Below the pieces are notes generated by a model that was not told the DNA's origin, searched no databases, and saw only the letters and a list, made by a program, of their open reading frames with translations. Positions 43,964-53,327 of a DNA stretch of 64,000 nucleotides are shown here, one piece after another. Source of the DNA: Desulfatiglandales bacterium (lineage in GTDB: Bacteria > Desulfobacterota > DSM-4660 > Desulfatiglandales > Desulfatiglandaceae); contig OY762721.1 of assembly GCA_963666345.1 (NCBI GenBank), positions 544,001-608,000 of the forward strand, written 5' to 3'. The translations under genes were made by a program, and so were the position numbers. Numbering within the stretch: the stretch's first letter is position 1; each line of letters starts with the position of its first letter.

Positions 43964-43979
43964 TAGCACGCAAATTGCA
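43964..43979 (+). promoter_or_regulatory. Sigma54 -24/-12-like promoter TAGCACGCAAATTGCA
   Basis: Matches TGGCACG-N4-TTGCW except for GG to AG; lies between the activator gene and the operon. Confidence 0.55.
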
Positions 43980-44031
43980 TTTCCTTTTCAATAGATGAAA
44001 AGACATTGCAACAATTTTCAAACCATGATTC

Positions 44032-44373
44032 ATGGAGATGAAAATTATGACGTCCTTGACTAAAAAAAAGCCCTGCCCCACCGAGCAGCCCAGTGGACTC
44101 TGTTTAACTTGCAACAAATTCCCAACATGTGTCTATCCAAAAAATTCGCTTAGACCTGTCTTGTTCTGCGATGAATTTGAAGGCTATGAAGACTTCCCGC
44201 CTCAGCCTGTGCGCATAATTTCGCCCTCCCGCCCTGTCGTCTCCAGTGACACTGAAGATCAAGAGGACAGCTCATTACCGCTGCTGGGACTTTGCCGGAT
44301 CTGTGAAAGGCGCCATGAATGCACATATCCCAAACCGGAAGGGGGCGTGTGGCACTGCGAAGAGTACCTGTAA
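44032..44373 (+). CDS. Small Cys-rich hypothetical protein with a duplicated GLCxxC-x5-C..C-[DE]-E-[FY] motif
   Basis: GLCLTCNKFPTC..FCDEF and GLCRICERRHEC..WHCEEY; start codon uncertain. Confidence 0.7.
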   Translation: MEMKIMTSLTKKKPCPTEQPSGLCLTCNKFPTCVYPKNSLRPVLFCDEFEGYEDFPPQPVRIISPSRPVVSSDTEDQEDSSLPLLGLCRICERRHECTYPKPEGGVWHCEEYL

Positions 44374-44429
44374 CAATAAAAAGGCCCGGTCTTTGTCCTG
44401 TATAAAAGATCTATTTCAAAAGGAGCGGC

Positions 44430-45278
44430 ATGTCAGAAGAGCGTATACTGGATATCATCAACAGGCATGAAGGGCAGCTTGGGGGCCTGATAAGCGTACT
44501 CCAGGATATTCAAAACGAATACAGCTATCTTCCTGAAAAAGCATTGAGGCTCGTGGCGGACAAGACAGGCTCCTCGCTGGTAGATATTTACGGTGTGGCT
44601 ACCTTTTACAGGTCCTTCAGCCTGAAGCAGAGGGGCAAGCACCTCATATCGGTCTGCACGGGAACCGCATGCCACGTGCGGGGGTCCGCGAATATCCTGG
44701 ATGAATTCGAGCAACGCTTGGGAATAAAGGCTGGAGAGACAACTTCGGACAAACTGATTACCCTGCAAACCGTGAATTGTCTCGGGGCGTGTGCCCTCGG
44801 TCCTATCGTGGTCGTTGACGGTCATTACTTTTCCGATGTCAAGCGGCCGATGGTGAAGCAGATCATAAAATCTGCAAAAAGCGGCCTCGACCGGGTGGAT
44901 ATCGAGACAGATGAACGGATCTTTCCTGTCGACGTGAGCTGTCCAAGATGCAACCGCAGTCTTATAGACAGAAAGGTATATATCGAAGGGTACCCGTCCA
45001 TACTGGTTATGGTCTCGTTCGGGGAAAGGCATGGCTGGCTGAGGCTTTCAAGCCTGTATGGGAGTTATTCGGTGGAGCATGAGCATGAAATACCGCCAAA
45101 AGAGGTCGTTCACTTCTTCTGCCCCTACTGTAATGGGGAACTGGCCGGGGTTTCGATCTGCGCATCCTGCGGCGCGCCAATGGTACCTATGATCGTCAAA
45201 GGGGGAGGCACGGTGCATATCTGTTCCCGCCGGGGTTGCAAAGGGCACATGCTCAACTTGAGCAAAGTCGCTTTTTAA
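44430..45278 (+). CDS. NuoE/HydC-like [2Fe-2S] subunit with a C-terminal Cys-rich extension
   Basis: GVATFY, CTGTACHVRG, CLGAC; extra CPRC, CPYC, CASC and CSRRGC motifs. Confidence 0.88.
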   Translation: MSEERILDIINRHEGQLGGLISVLQDIQNEYSYLPEKALRLVADKTGSSLVDIYGVATFYRSFSLKQRGKHLISVCTGTACHVRGSANILDEFEQRLGIKAGETTSDKLITLQTVNCLGACALGPIVVVDGHYFSDVKRPMVKQIIKSAKSGLDRVDIETDERIFPVDVSCPRCNRSLIDRKVYIEGYPSILVMVSFGERHGWLRLSSLYGSYSVEHEHEIPPKEVVHFFCPYCNGELAGVSICASCGAPMVPMIVKGGGTVHICSRRGCKGHMLNLSKVAF

Positions 45279-45334
45279 AAGCACCCCGGTCCTTTGGCTT
45301 TGATCGGGACGGAGGATATATTTCAGGTCAATCG

Positions 45335-47185
45335 ATGAGAAGACTTACATCCATAGAAGATTTCGAGGCCCTGCAGAACAGGTTGAAAGCCGAGCGGGAC
45401 GATGGTTTACCCACGATTATCATCCCGTCAGGCACATGCGGCCAGGCCAGCGGCGCAAACGACCTGATTCGGGTGGCAAAACGGGAGATACTTCAGAGAA
45501 AATTGACCCGCAGGGTCAACCTGAGAATCACCGGTTGCCACGGATTCTGCCAGATGGAGCCCTCCGTACTGGTGGAACCTGAAGGCACCTTTTATCCAAA
45601 AACAGACATGAAAGGAATGAAGAGGATAATTGATGCGGTTATAAACGGGAAGATCTTGGAAGATCTGCTATTCAAAGACCCGGATACCGGAATGCCGATC
45701 CAACGTCAACAGGATCTGCCGTTTTTCAAAAGGCAGGTCCGGACCATCATGAGCCATAATGAGAAAGTCGACCCTCTTCATGTCAACGACTACATAGGCT
45801 CAGGAAGATACTCGGCCCTGGCCGAGGTCCTGAAAAAGGGAGACCCCGGCTGGACAATCGAAGAGGTCAAAATCAGCGGGCTGCGCGGACGCGGCGGGGC
45901 GGGTTTTCCCACAGGCCTCAAATGGGAACTGCTGGCAGGGCAAAATCACGATCCCGGGAAATTTCTGGTCTGCAATGCGGATGAAGGCGATCCGGGCGCC
46001 TATATGGATCGCAGCGTTTTAGAGGGAAACCCCCACGCTATTATCGAGGGGATGATCATAGGCGCCTATGCGACCGGTGCAACAGGGGGAGTGATTTATG
46101 TCCGGAACGAATACCCTCTTGCCATAAAACATCTTATCATAGCCCTTAGGCAGGCCGTAGAGACAGGACTGCTTGGAGATAACATCCTGGGAACCGGTTT
46201 TTCTTTTCATATCCATATGGTCAGGGGGGCGGGCGCCTTCGTATGCGGAGAGGAGACAGCCCTGATCAGTTCAATAGAGGGGAAAATGGGCGAACCCAGA
46301 CAGCGTCCGCCTTTTCCCGTGCAAAAGGGAATAAACGGGAAACCGACAGCCATAAATAACGTTGAGACATGGGCAAACATACCGGTCATCTTCGACCGGG
46401 GAGGTCGTGAATTCTCCAAGACAGGGGTAGAGAATAACTCAGGCACCAAAATTTTCAGCCTCGTAGGCAAGGTCAAATACACGGGGCTGGTGGAAGTGCC
46501 GATGGGCATGAAGATTAAAGACATAGTCTACGAGATCGGAGGAGGGCCGTCGGGAAAAGCAGGAATAAAGGCGGTCCAGACCGGGGGGCCTTCGGGCGGT
46601 TGCATACCGGCCCATCTTTTCGACCTCCCCATTGATTACGACAGTCTCAAAGGGGTCGGATCGATCATGGGCTCGGGCGGCATGATCGTCATGGACGAAA
46701 AAACCTGTATGGTGGACATGGCGAAATATTTCATGAGCTTTCTGAAGGATGAGTCATGCGGCAAATGTTTTGTGTGCCGCAAGGGTATCCAGCGAATGCA
46801 TGAGATCCTGGATGACATCTCGCAAGGCAAAGCCACAATGCTGCATCTGGACCTGCTGGAAGAGTTGGCACAGGTGGTAAAAGACGCAAGCATGTGCGGC
46901 CTTGGCCAGACAGCCCCCAATCCTGTCCTGTCCACCCTCAGATACTACCGTGATGAATATGTCGCCCATATCAAGGAGAGACGCTGCCCGGCCGGTTCCT
47001 GCAAGTCCCTGATCACATATTCAATAAACGAACTCTGCACTGGCTGTCATCTCTGCAGCGGGGCATGCCCTGCAGATGCCGTTACCGGCAACAAAAAAGA
47101 GGCGCACTCCATTGACCCGGCCAAATGTGTCAGGTGCGGCGCCTGCATGAGCGTCTGCAAATTCGATGCTATAGAGGTTGTTTAA
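45335..47185 (+). CDS. NuoF/HydB-like NADH/FMN-binding subunit with N-terminal Trx-like domain and C-terminal 2x[4Fe-4S]
   Basis: GLRGRGGAGFPTG, NADEGDPGAYMD, CGEETAL, GGPSGG, CGKCFVC..CGLG, HIKERRCPAGSC, two CxxCxxCxxxC motifs; ATG at 45335 chosen over the track start. Confidence 0.92.
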   Translation: MRRLTSIEDFEALQNRLKAERDDGLPTIIIPSGTCGQASGANDLIRVAKREILQRKLTRRVNLRITGCHGFCQMEPSVLVEPEGTFYPKTDMKGMKRIIDAVINGKILEDLLFKDPDTGMPIQRQQDLPFFKRQVRTIMSHNEKVDPLHVNDYIGSGRYSALAEVLKKGDPGWTIEEVKISGLRGRGGAGFPTGLKWELLAGQNHDPGKFLVCNADEGDPGAYMDRSVLEGNPHAIIEGMIIGAYATGATGGVIYVRNEYPLAIKHLIIALRQAVETGLLGDNILGTGFSFHIHMVRGAGAFVCGEETALISSIEGKMGEPRQRPPFPVQKGINGKPTAINNVETWANIPVIFDRGGREFSKTGVENNSGTKIFSLVGKVKYTGLVEVPMGMKIKDIVYEIGGGPSGKAGIKAVQTGGPSGGCIPAHLFDLPIDYDSLKGVGSIMGSGGMIVMDEKTCMVDMAKYFMSFLKDESCGKCFVCRKGIQRMHEILDDISQGKATMLHLDLLEELAQVVKDASMCGLGQTAPNPVLSTLRYYRDEYVAHIKERRCPAGSCKSLITYSINELCTGCHLCSGACPADAVTGNKKEAHSIDPAKCVRCGACMSVCKFDAIEVV

Positions 47186-47246
47186 CGACCCGGGAAAAGC
47201 CTTCTATTGAAACAGGCTCGACCCCGGGAGTTGAGGATTTCGAATT

Positions 47247-47924
47247 ATGATAAAAATGAGCATCAACCGTTTACCCGTTTCAGTGGAAGAGGGAACGACC
47301 ATTCTGGAGGCTGCAAAATCCGTGGGTTTTCCGATCCCGACCCTCTGCTACATGGAAGGCCTGTCCCCGTATGGTGCGTGTCGGCTCTGCGTGGTGGAAA
47401 TCGGAGAAGGGCCCGGTTCCAGGCTGGTATCCTCATGTACTTATCCGGCAGAAGAGGGGCTCAAGGTTCGAACCGCCTCAACCCGAGTACTCAAGGCAAG
47501 AAGGATGATACTGGAGCTTCTCCTTGCCTCCTGTCCTCAGTCGAAGACCATTCAGGACCTTGCTTCGGCCCATGGAATCAGGCAGCAGCGATTCAGGCAG
47601 GAATATGAAGACTGCATCCTGTGCGGATTATGCGTGCGCATGTGTGAAGAGCAGATGAGGGCCAAGGCCATCGGTTTCAGGGGCAGAGGAGAGAACCGGA
47701 GCATAGGCACCCCTTTTGATGTCCAGTCGGAAACCTGCAGGTTCTGCGGCGGGTGCATGTATGTATGCCCGGCCTGCCAGTTGAGATGCACGTACACTGA
47801 ACCGGAAAAGGCTATTTGCGGGGGCTGTGAAAACCTCAGGCCTCCATGCATCGAAAAGGAACCCTTTGACGATATGATGTGCTACATGGACCCCTGTGTG
47901 GCCTGCGAGATACGGAAGGACTAA
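47247..47924 (+). CDS. HoxU/NuoG-N-terminal-like Fe-S subunit with no catalytic domain
   Basis: IPTLC..GACRLC..SC [2Fe-2S]; CILCGLCVRMC and CRFCGGCMYVCP; additional Cys-rich tail. Confidence 0.88.
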   Translation: MIKMSINRLPVSVEEGTTILEAAKSVGFPIPTLCYMEGLSPYGACRLCVVEIGEGPGSRLVSSCTYPAEEGLKVRTASTRVLKARRMILELLLASCPQSKTIQDLASAHGIRQQRFRQEYEDCILCGLCVRMCEEQMRAKAIGFRGRGENRSIGTPFDVQSETCRFCGGCMYVCPACQLRCTYTEPEKAICGGCENLRPPCIEKEPFDDMMCYMDPCVACEIRKD

Positions 47925-47945
47925 TTAAGAAAGGAGAACGGCGAC

Positions 47946-49529
47946 ATGTCACTTTCAAAAATAAACGCCTCTGCCGCTACATTGACCAAAAACAGGACTG
48001 AAGGATCCATAGTACCCTCTTCAGGCATGTGCGTGACATGCGTGGATGGCTGTATAGGCATGTGCGAAATAGGAAAGTCCGCCTACCGGGGTCATGAGGT
48101 GATTTATCCCCAGCCCTTTGGGGTCATAACCACTGCTGGAGAAAAAGATTACCCGGTGGATTACTCCCATTTTAATATCATGGGTAGCACGGTCGGGGCC
48201 CACGGCATAGAAGAAGACAGTGACAGGGCCATATTCCCATCGGTAAACCTTGAAGTGGTTATCGGCCATGACAAAGGCCTGAAATTTCGTTACCCCTGGA
48301 TCATTCCGGGAATCGGTTCAACCAATATCGCCAAACAGAACTGGGATGGGCTGGCAATAGGATCGGCACTGGCGGGGACAGGTCTCACGATAGGTGAAAA
48401 CGTCGCAGGCATGGACCAGGGCTGTAAGATAAAGCATGGGCGCGTAGTAGACACGGTGGACCTCAAAAGAAGGGTGAAGCTCTACCAGAATCACCAGCGC
48501 GACGGCTACGGGGCGATCATTCTTCAGGCCAACATAGAGGATACACGTCTGGAGGCGCAGGAATATGCCATAGAAAACCTGGGCATTGAGTGTGTCGAGC
48601 TGAAATGGGGTCAGGGAGCGAAAAGCATAGGGGGTGAGGTAAAGATCCGGGACCTGAAAAAGGCCCAAATGCTTCATGACCGTGGTTATATAGTAATTCC
48701 CGACCCGAAAGATCCGGTGGTGATCAGGGCCTTTGAGCGGGGGGCGTTCAAGGAGTTTGAAAGACACTCGCGGGTCGGGATGGTAACCGAAGAGGCATTC
48801 GCCAAACGCATCGAGGAACTGAGAAAAGCGGGTGCCCGTTATATATCTTTAAAAACAGGCGCTTATCGGCCTTCTGATCTTGCAAGGGCTCTTGCATATT
48901 CTTCCAAGTACGGGTTGGATTATCTTACCGTCGACGGTGCGGGCGGAGGCACGGGCATGAGCCCCTGGCGTATGATGAATGAATGGGGAATTCCCCCCGT
49001 ATACCTCCACTCACTCCTTTTCAGCTACGCGGAAAAACTTTCAGCAAAAGACAGATATGTGCCTCCCCTGGTGTTGGCAGGTGGATTTACCCTTGAGGAT
49101 CATATCTTCAAGGGCCTGGCCCTCGCGTCACCTTACGTCAAAATGATAGGCATGGCCAGGAGCCCGATTGCCGCAGCTATGGTAGGAAAGACTATCGGCC
49201 AGGCCATCGACGCCCATCAGCTTCCCGTTTATGTGGAACGTTTCGGCAGCTCAAAGGATGAAATTTTTGTCACATCCCCTTCACTGCGCAAAGAATTGGG
49301 TGACAAGGAATTCGAGAATCTGCCGGCCGGCGCCATAGGTCTTTATACCTATTATGAAAGGCTTGCCCATGGATTGCGTCAACTCATGGCAGGTTCAAGA
49401 AAGTTTTCCCTTGATCAGGTCAACAGGCATGATATCGCGGCATTGACGGAGGAGGCCGCCAATATAAGCGGGATCAGGTATATCATGGATGTGGACAGGG
49501 AGATGATTGAGGATATCCTTGGATGTTAG
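47946..49529 (+). CDS. Stand-alone FMN-binding glutamate-synthase-family protein (GltB2-like)
   Basis: IGEN, ELKWGQGAKSIGG, TVDGAGGGTG, LAGG; N-terminal CVTCVDGCIGMC; AAGGAG RBS. Confidence 0.85.
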   Translation: MSLSKINASAATLTKNRTEGSIVPSSGMCVTCVDGCIGMCEIGKSAYRGHEVIYPQPFGVITTAGEKDYPVDYSHFNIMGSTVGAHGIEEDSDRAIFPSVNLEVVIGHDKGLKFRYPWIIPGIGSTNIAKQNWDGLAIGSALAGTGLTIGENVAGMDQGCKIKHGRVVDTVDLKRRVKLYQNHQRDGYGAIILQANIEDTRLEAQEYAIENLGIECVELKWGQGAKSIGGEVKIRDLKKAQMLHDRGYIVIPDPKDPVVIRAFERGAFKEFERHSRVGMVTEEAFAKRIEELRKAGARYISLKTGAYRPSDLARALAYSSKYGLDYLTVDGAGGGTGMSPWRMMNEWGIPPVYLHSLLFSYAEKLSAKDRYVPPLVLAGGFTLEDHIFKGLALASPYVKMIGMARSPIAAAMVGKTIGQAIDAHQLPVYVERFGSSKDEIFVTSPSLRKELGDKEFENLPAGAIGLYTYYERLAHGLRQLMAGSRKFSLDQVNRHDIAALTEEAANISGIRYIMDVDREMIEDILGC

Positions 49530-49669
49530 TTTAATGCCGGTAAGATACGGTGCGTCATCCTTGCTCCGGCTATGTTTGCCATGCATCTAATGGAAATATT
49601 AAAAAACTTCACCGCGCAAGAAAAAAGGCCCGGGTTATCGTAACCGGCGATGTCTGCCCAAAAGGGGCT

Positions 49670-51139
49670 TCAGGCGTAGTCCGGCTCCAGCCTGTTTTGA
49701 AGTGAATATCGCTCAAAAAACTCTATAAGCTCCTGCTTGATAAGATCCGCCTTTTCAAGCGCGTTCAGGTATTCATCCTTTAACAGGGTAATTTTATCCA
49801 TATTCTTCAGGAACTCCTCGCGGAACGCGTCCTTTTTTTCCATACCCCTTTCGTATTCATCCCTGAGAGAATTCAAACCGTCTTTCAATGCAATCAGGTA
49901 CTCCTCTTTAAGGGTGACGAGTCTCTCAACTGCCTTTTCATATTCACCACGCAGGCTGCACACGCTGTTTTCCCTGGCGCAGAGATATTGCTCCTTGAGT
50001 TCCTTAAGCAGCTCCTTTACCGATATTATCTTATCGACCCTGTAGGCATTGCTTCCTGCAAAGGCGAAGCCTTTATCCAGCACCCCCTTTCTGGCATTAT
50101 CGAGCGCAAGTGAAATACAGTAGGGAGCGGTCTTTATGTCGCAGCTCTTGAGACACCGCCACGCGCACTTGTGGGATTGTCTTTTGCCGGAGGCCACATC
50201 CCTCAAAAAATCGTTCTCTATGGCCCTGCCTGGCATGCCCACAGGACTCTTTATGATCTTTATGTCGCCCTTACTGCATGACACATACGACTCCTTGAAC
50301 CTTATATCCGCATCGCACTCATGGGTTGCAACAAACCTTGTCCCCATCTGAACACCCTTTGCACCCAGCTTTAGGGCGTTGTAGATATCAGCACCGGTAA
50401 AAATGCCCCCCGCGGCGATTACGGGGATTGTCCTGCGCCAATCATCCTCGTATTTCTTTATCTCGGCAACTACCCCTGGAAGGATATTTTCAAGGGCGAA
50501 ATCGGCATCATCGATCTGATCCTCTTTAAAGCCCAGGTGACCTCCCGCCTTGGGCCCTTCCACAACGACCGCGTCCGGGATGTCTGAATATTTTTTCGCC
50601 CAGGATCTGAATATAAGGCCTGCCGCCCTTACGGAACTCACGATAGGCACTACCTTGACACCGGCCGATCTCAGGTCGGCAACAGGAATTCCCTTTATCG
50701 GGAGTCCGGCCCCGAGGAATACCATATCCACCTTTTCTTCTATCGCGACCCTTAAAAGGGAACTGAAATCATTGACCGCCACCATGATGTTGACGCCGAT
50801 AATACCGGAGGTGTTTTCTCTTGCCTTTCTAATCTCCCTTCTGAGGGCGATGGCATTGGCGTCCCTGTTTTTCGCATAATATTCAGGATCAAGCATACCT
50901 ATGGAATTGGCTGCAATAATACCGATCCCTCCTTCATTTGCGACCGCTGAGGCGAGGCCTGAAAGGGATATTCCGACCCCCATTCCACCCTGTATGATCG
51001 GCAGCCTTGACACTGTATCACCGATCCTCAATTTGGGCATTGTGAGCCATCCGATCCTAGAGATATCAAATTTAGGCCATTCTATGTTATTAAAGCATAT
51101 CTTGGGAAGCTGGAACTTGGGAAATTTAATGAAATCCAC
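49670..51139 (-). CDS. Nitronate-monooxygenase/FabK-family FMN protein (FabX-like Cys motif) with a C-terminal coiled-coil extension
   Basis: IIQGGMGVGIS, VVEGPKAGGHLG, VQMGTRF, SPVGMPGRA, CAWRCLKSC..YCI; GTG start after AAGGAG. Confidence 0.85.
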   Translation of the reverse strand: MDFIKFPKFQLPKICFNNIEWPKFDISRIGWLTMPKLRIGDTVSRLPIIQGGMGVGISLSGLASAVANEGGIGIIAANSIGMLDPEYYAKNRDANAIALRREIRKARENTSGIIGVNIMVAVNDFSSLLRVAIEEKVDMVFLGAGLPIKGIPVADLRSAGVKVVPIVSSVRAAGLIFRSWAKKYSDIPDAVVVEGPKAGGHLGFKEDQIDDADFALENILPGVVAEIKKYEDDWRRTIPVIAAGGIFTGADIYNALKLGAKGVQMGTRFVATHECDADIRFKESYVSCSKGDIKIIKSPVGMPGRAIENDFLRDVASGKRQSHKCAWRCLKSCDIKTAPYCISLALDNARKGVLDKGFAFAGSNAYRVDKIISVKELLKELKEQYLCARENSVCSLRGEYEKAVERLVTLKEEYLIALKDGLNSLRDEYERGMEKKDAFREEFLKNMDKITLLKDEYLNALEKADLIKQELIEFFERYSLQNRLEPDYA

Positions 51140-51559
51140 GCGGATAATTCTCCTTTTTTGAAAATCCTGGCAGAGACCCTCATTTTCTTAAGCCTATAAA
51201 AGTTAGGACAATCAGGGATGGATGTCAAGGAATTACAAAGGAATGGGACATTGACGCAGGATGTAATTACTTGAATTTCACCCCCCTGTTATGCTAATTA
51301 TTCTCCTATAAATAAATGCCGCTCAAGGAACCGGGCACGGAGTGAGCCGACTCCAAAATCTCAGTTATTTCTGATTTTGGAGCATTATAGGCATTTATCC
51401 TGCTTCACTCAGAAACAGACATTTTCATGGCCTGTCTTTTAAAACCGGATTTCCTATAATGGAATGAATATTGTTTGCCCTTTATCGTCTATATCACGCT
51501 AAACAGTGTAAAGGTGTTTATCCACCTTTTGAGGCTTTTAAGTAAAAGGAGATTTCCGA

Positions 51560-53242
51560 GTGGGTCTTAAATGGTTTTTTTTCCAGTCTCTCGGCGGCCT
51601 TGGACTCTTTATTTTCGGTATGAAGATAATGTCCGAGGGGTTACAAAGGATCGCAGGGAAAAAGATGCGCCAGATACTTGGCTTTGTATCCAACAATCGT
51701 GTTGTAGGATGCACGGTAGGGGCACTCGTAACAAGTGTCATACAGAGTTCAAGCGCCACCACCGTGATGCTGGTGAGCTTCGTGGATGCAGGCCTCATGT
51801 CGCTGCGTCAGGCCATCGGAGTGATCCTGGGTGCCAACATCGGTACGACTGTCACGGCCCAGCTCATTGCCTTCAATATCACGCGTTATGCATTACCCGC
51901 CATTGCCTTGGGAGTCGCACTAAAGTTTTTCATAGGTCGGAGAAAATGGATCTACATGGGAGACGTGCTCCTGGGATTCGGACTCGTCTTTTTTGGTCTT
52001 GCTACCATGAAAAGCGGGTTCGCTCCTCTGAAAGACCATGAACTTTTCATCTCCTTTTTTACCAATTTCAGTGCCGCCAGCATGCCGGGGATAATAATGT
52101 GTGTGTTTGCCGGGGCGATTCTCACCATGATACTCCAGAGTTCAAGCGCCACGGTCGGAATTACCATGGCACTGGCAAGCCAGGGGCTTATCGATTTCAG
52201 TGCCAGCGTGGCCCTTATCCTGGGAGAAAATATCGGTACTACAATCACCGCCCAACTGGCCGCCCTAGGGGCGAATCTTAACGCCAGGCGCACCGCCAAT
52301 GCCCATACCCTGTTCAATGTATTCGGGGTTTGCCTAATGGTTCTTTTCTTTCCCCTGTTCATCAAACTGGTGATGTTTTCGACATCTTCGCTGCTCCAGA
52401 CAGGCCCCCCGGATCTCATAGTATCAGGAGAAAAGCCCAACATTTTGCGTTACATAGCCAACTCTCACACTCTCTTCAATGTGGTTAACGCCATTTTCTT
52501 TCTTGCAATACTTCCCTTTCTCATACGAGTGACCATCTGGCTTTCACCGAAACCGAAGGGGGAAGACAGGCTGGCAGATCTTCACCATGTCAACTATATC
52601 GACTACAAATTCATCAATACCTCCCCGGTTGCCCTTACTCAGGCAAGGGCTGAAATCGAGCGGATGGCCGAGGTTGTTCTTCTGATGTATGACGATGTGA
52701 TCATGTCGATCAAACAGAGGAGATTCAAGCAGCTCTCCAAGTGGAAAAAGAGGGAGGAGGATATCGACAACCTCCAGAGGGAAATCATAGCCTTTCTCGT
52801 CAAGGTGATGCAGGGCTCAATCACCCCTGATGAGTCAAAAGAGGTTGCCTCGCTCATGAGGATGGCAAACAATCTGGAAAGAACCGGAGACGCCATAGAA
52901 AACATAGCCTACCTGGGTGAGGAACTGATCGGTCAGGACCTCCATTTCTCTGAAGGGGGAAGCAGGGATTTTGATACCATCTCCAATGAAGTACGAAAAT
53001 TTCTCTGCCTCATAAGGGATTCGATTCCAAAAGATTCCGGAGACATATTAGCTATCGGGGACAAATTTGAAAACAATATCGACTTGATGCGCGAGGAGAT
53101 GAAGGGGAATAACATAGTGCGCCTTCAAAGCGCAACCTGCACGGTAGATCCGGGACTGATCTTTGTCGACATGTTAAGTGCCTTTGAAAAAATAGGCGAT
53201 TTCTGCTTCAATGTGGCCCAGGCGATCGCGGGGGTCAAGTGA
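51560..53242 (+). CDS. Na/Pi cotransporter family protein with C-terminal PhoU domains
   Basis: Two QSSSAT repeats, GANIGTT/GENIGTT, LERTGD and FEKIGD. Confidence 0.92.
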   Translation: MGLKWFFFQSLGGLGLFIFGMKIMSEGLQRIAGKKMRQILGFVSNNRVVGCTVGALVTSVIQSSSATTVMLVSFVDAGLMSLRQAIGVILGANIGTTVTAQLIAFNITRYALPAIALGVALKFFIGRRKWIYMGDVLLGFGLVFFGLATMKSGFAPLKDHELFISFFTNFSAASMPGIIMCVFAGAILTMILQSSSATVGITMALASQGLIDFSASVALILGENIGTTITAQLAALGANLNARRTANAHTLFNVFGVCLMVLFFPLFIKLVMFSTSSLLQTGPPDLIVSGEKPNILRYIANSHTLFNVVNAIFFLAILPFLIRVTIWLSPKPKGEDRLADLHHVNYIDYKFINTSPVALTQARAEIERMAEVVLLMYDDVIMSIKQRRFKQLSKWKKREEDIDNLQREIIAFLVKVMQGSITPDESKEVASLMRMANNLERTGDAIENIAYLGEELIGQDLHFSEGGSRDFDTISNEVRKFLCLIRDSIPKDSGDILAIGDKFENNIDLMREEMKGNNIVRLQSATCTVDPGLIFVDMLSAFEKIGDFCFNVAQAIAGVK

Positions 53243-53327
53243 ACAGATTGAAACCTTGAATCCTATGGGATCACAAACACTCAGCAAGAAATGCCCGTTC
53301 TTTTCTGCCTATATTACAGCGCTTCTT

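Noticed and set aside
44430..47924. Respiratory complex I, [FeFe]-hydrogenase or formate dehydrogenase
   Set aside because: No membrane Nuo subunits, H-cluster motifs, NiFe subunit or molybdopterin domain
47946..49529. Canonical glutamate synthase gltB
   Set aside because: Only the FMN domain (527 aa); no amidotransferase or GXGXG domain and no gltD nearby
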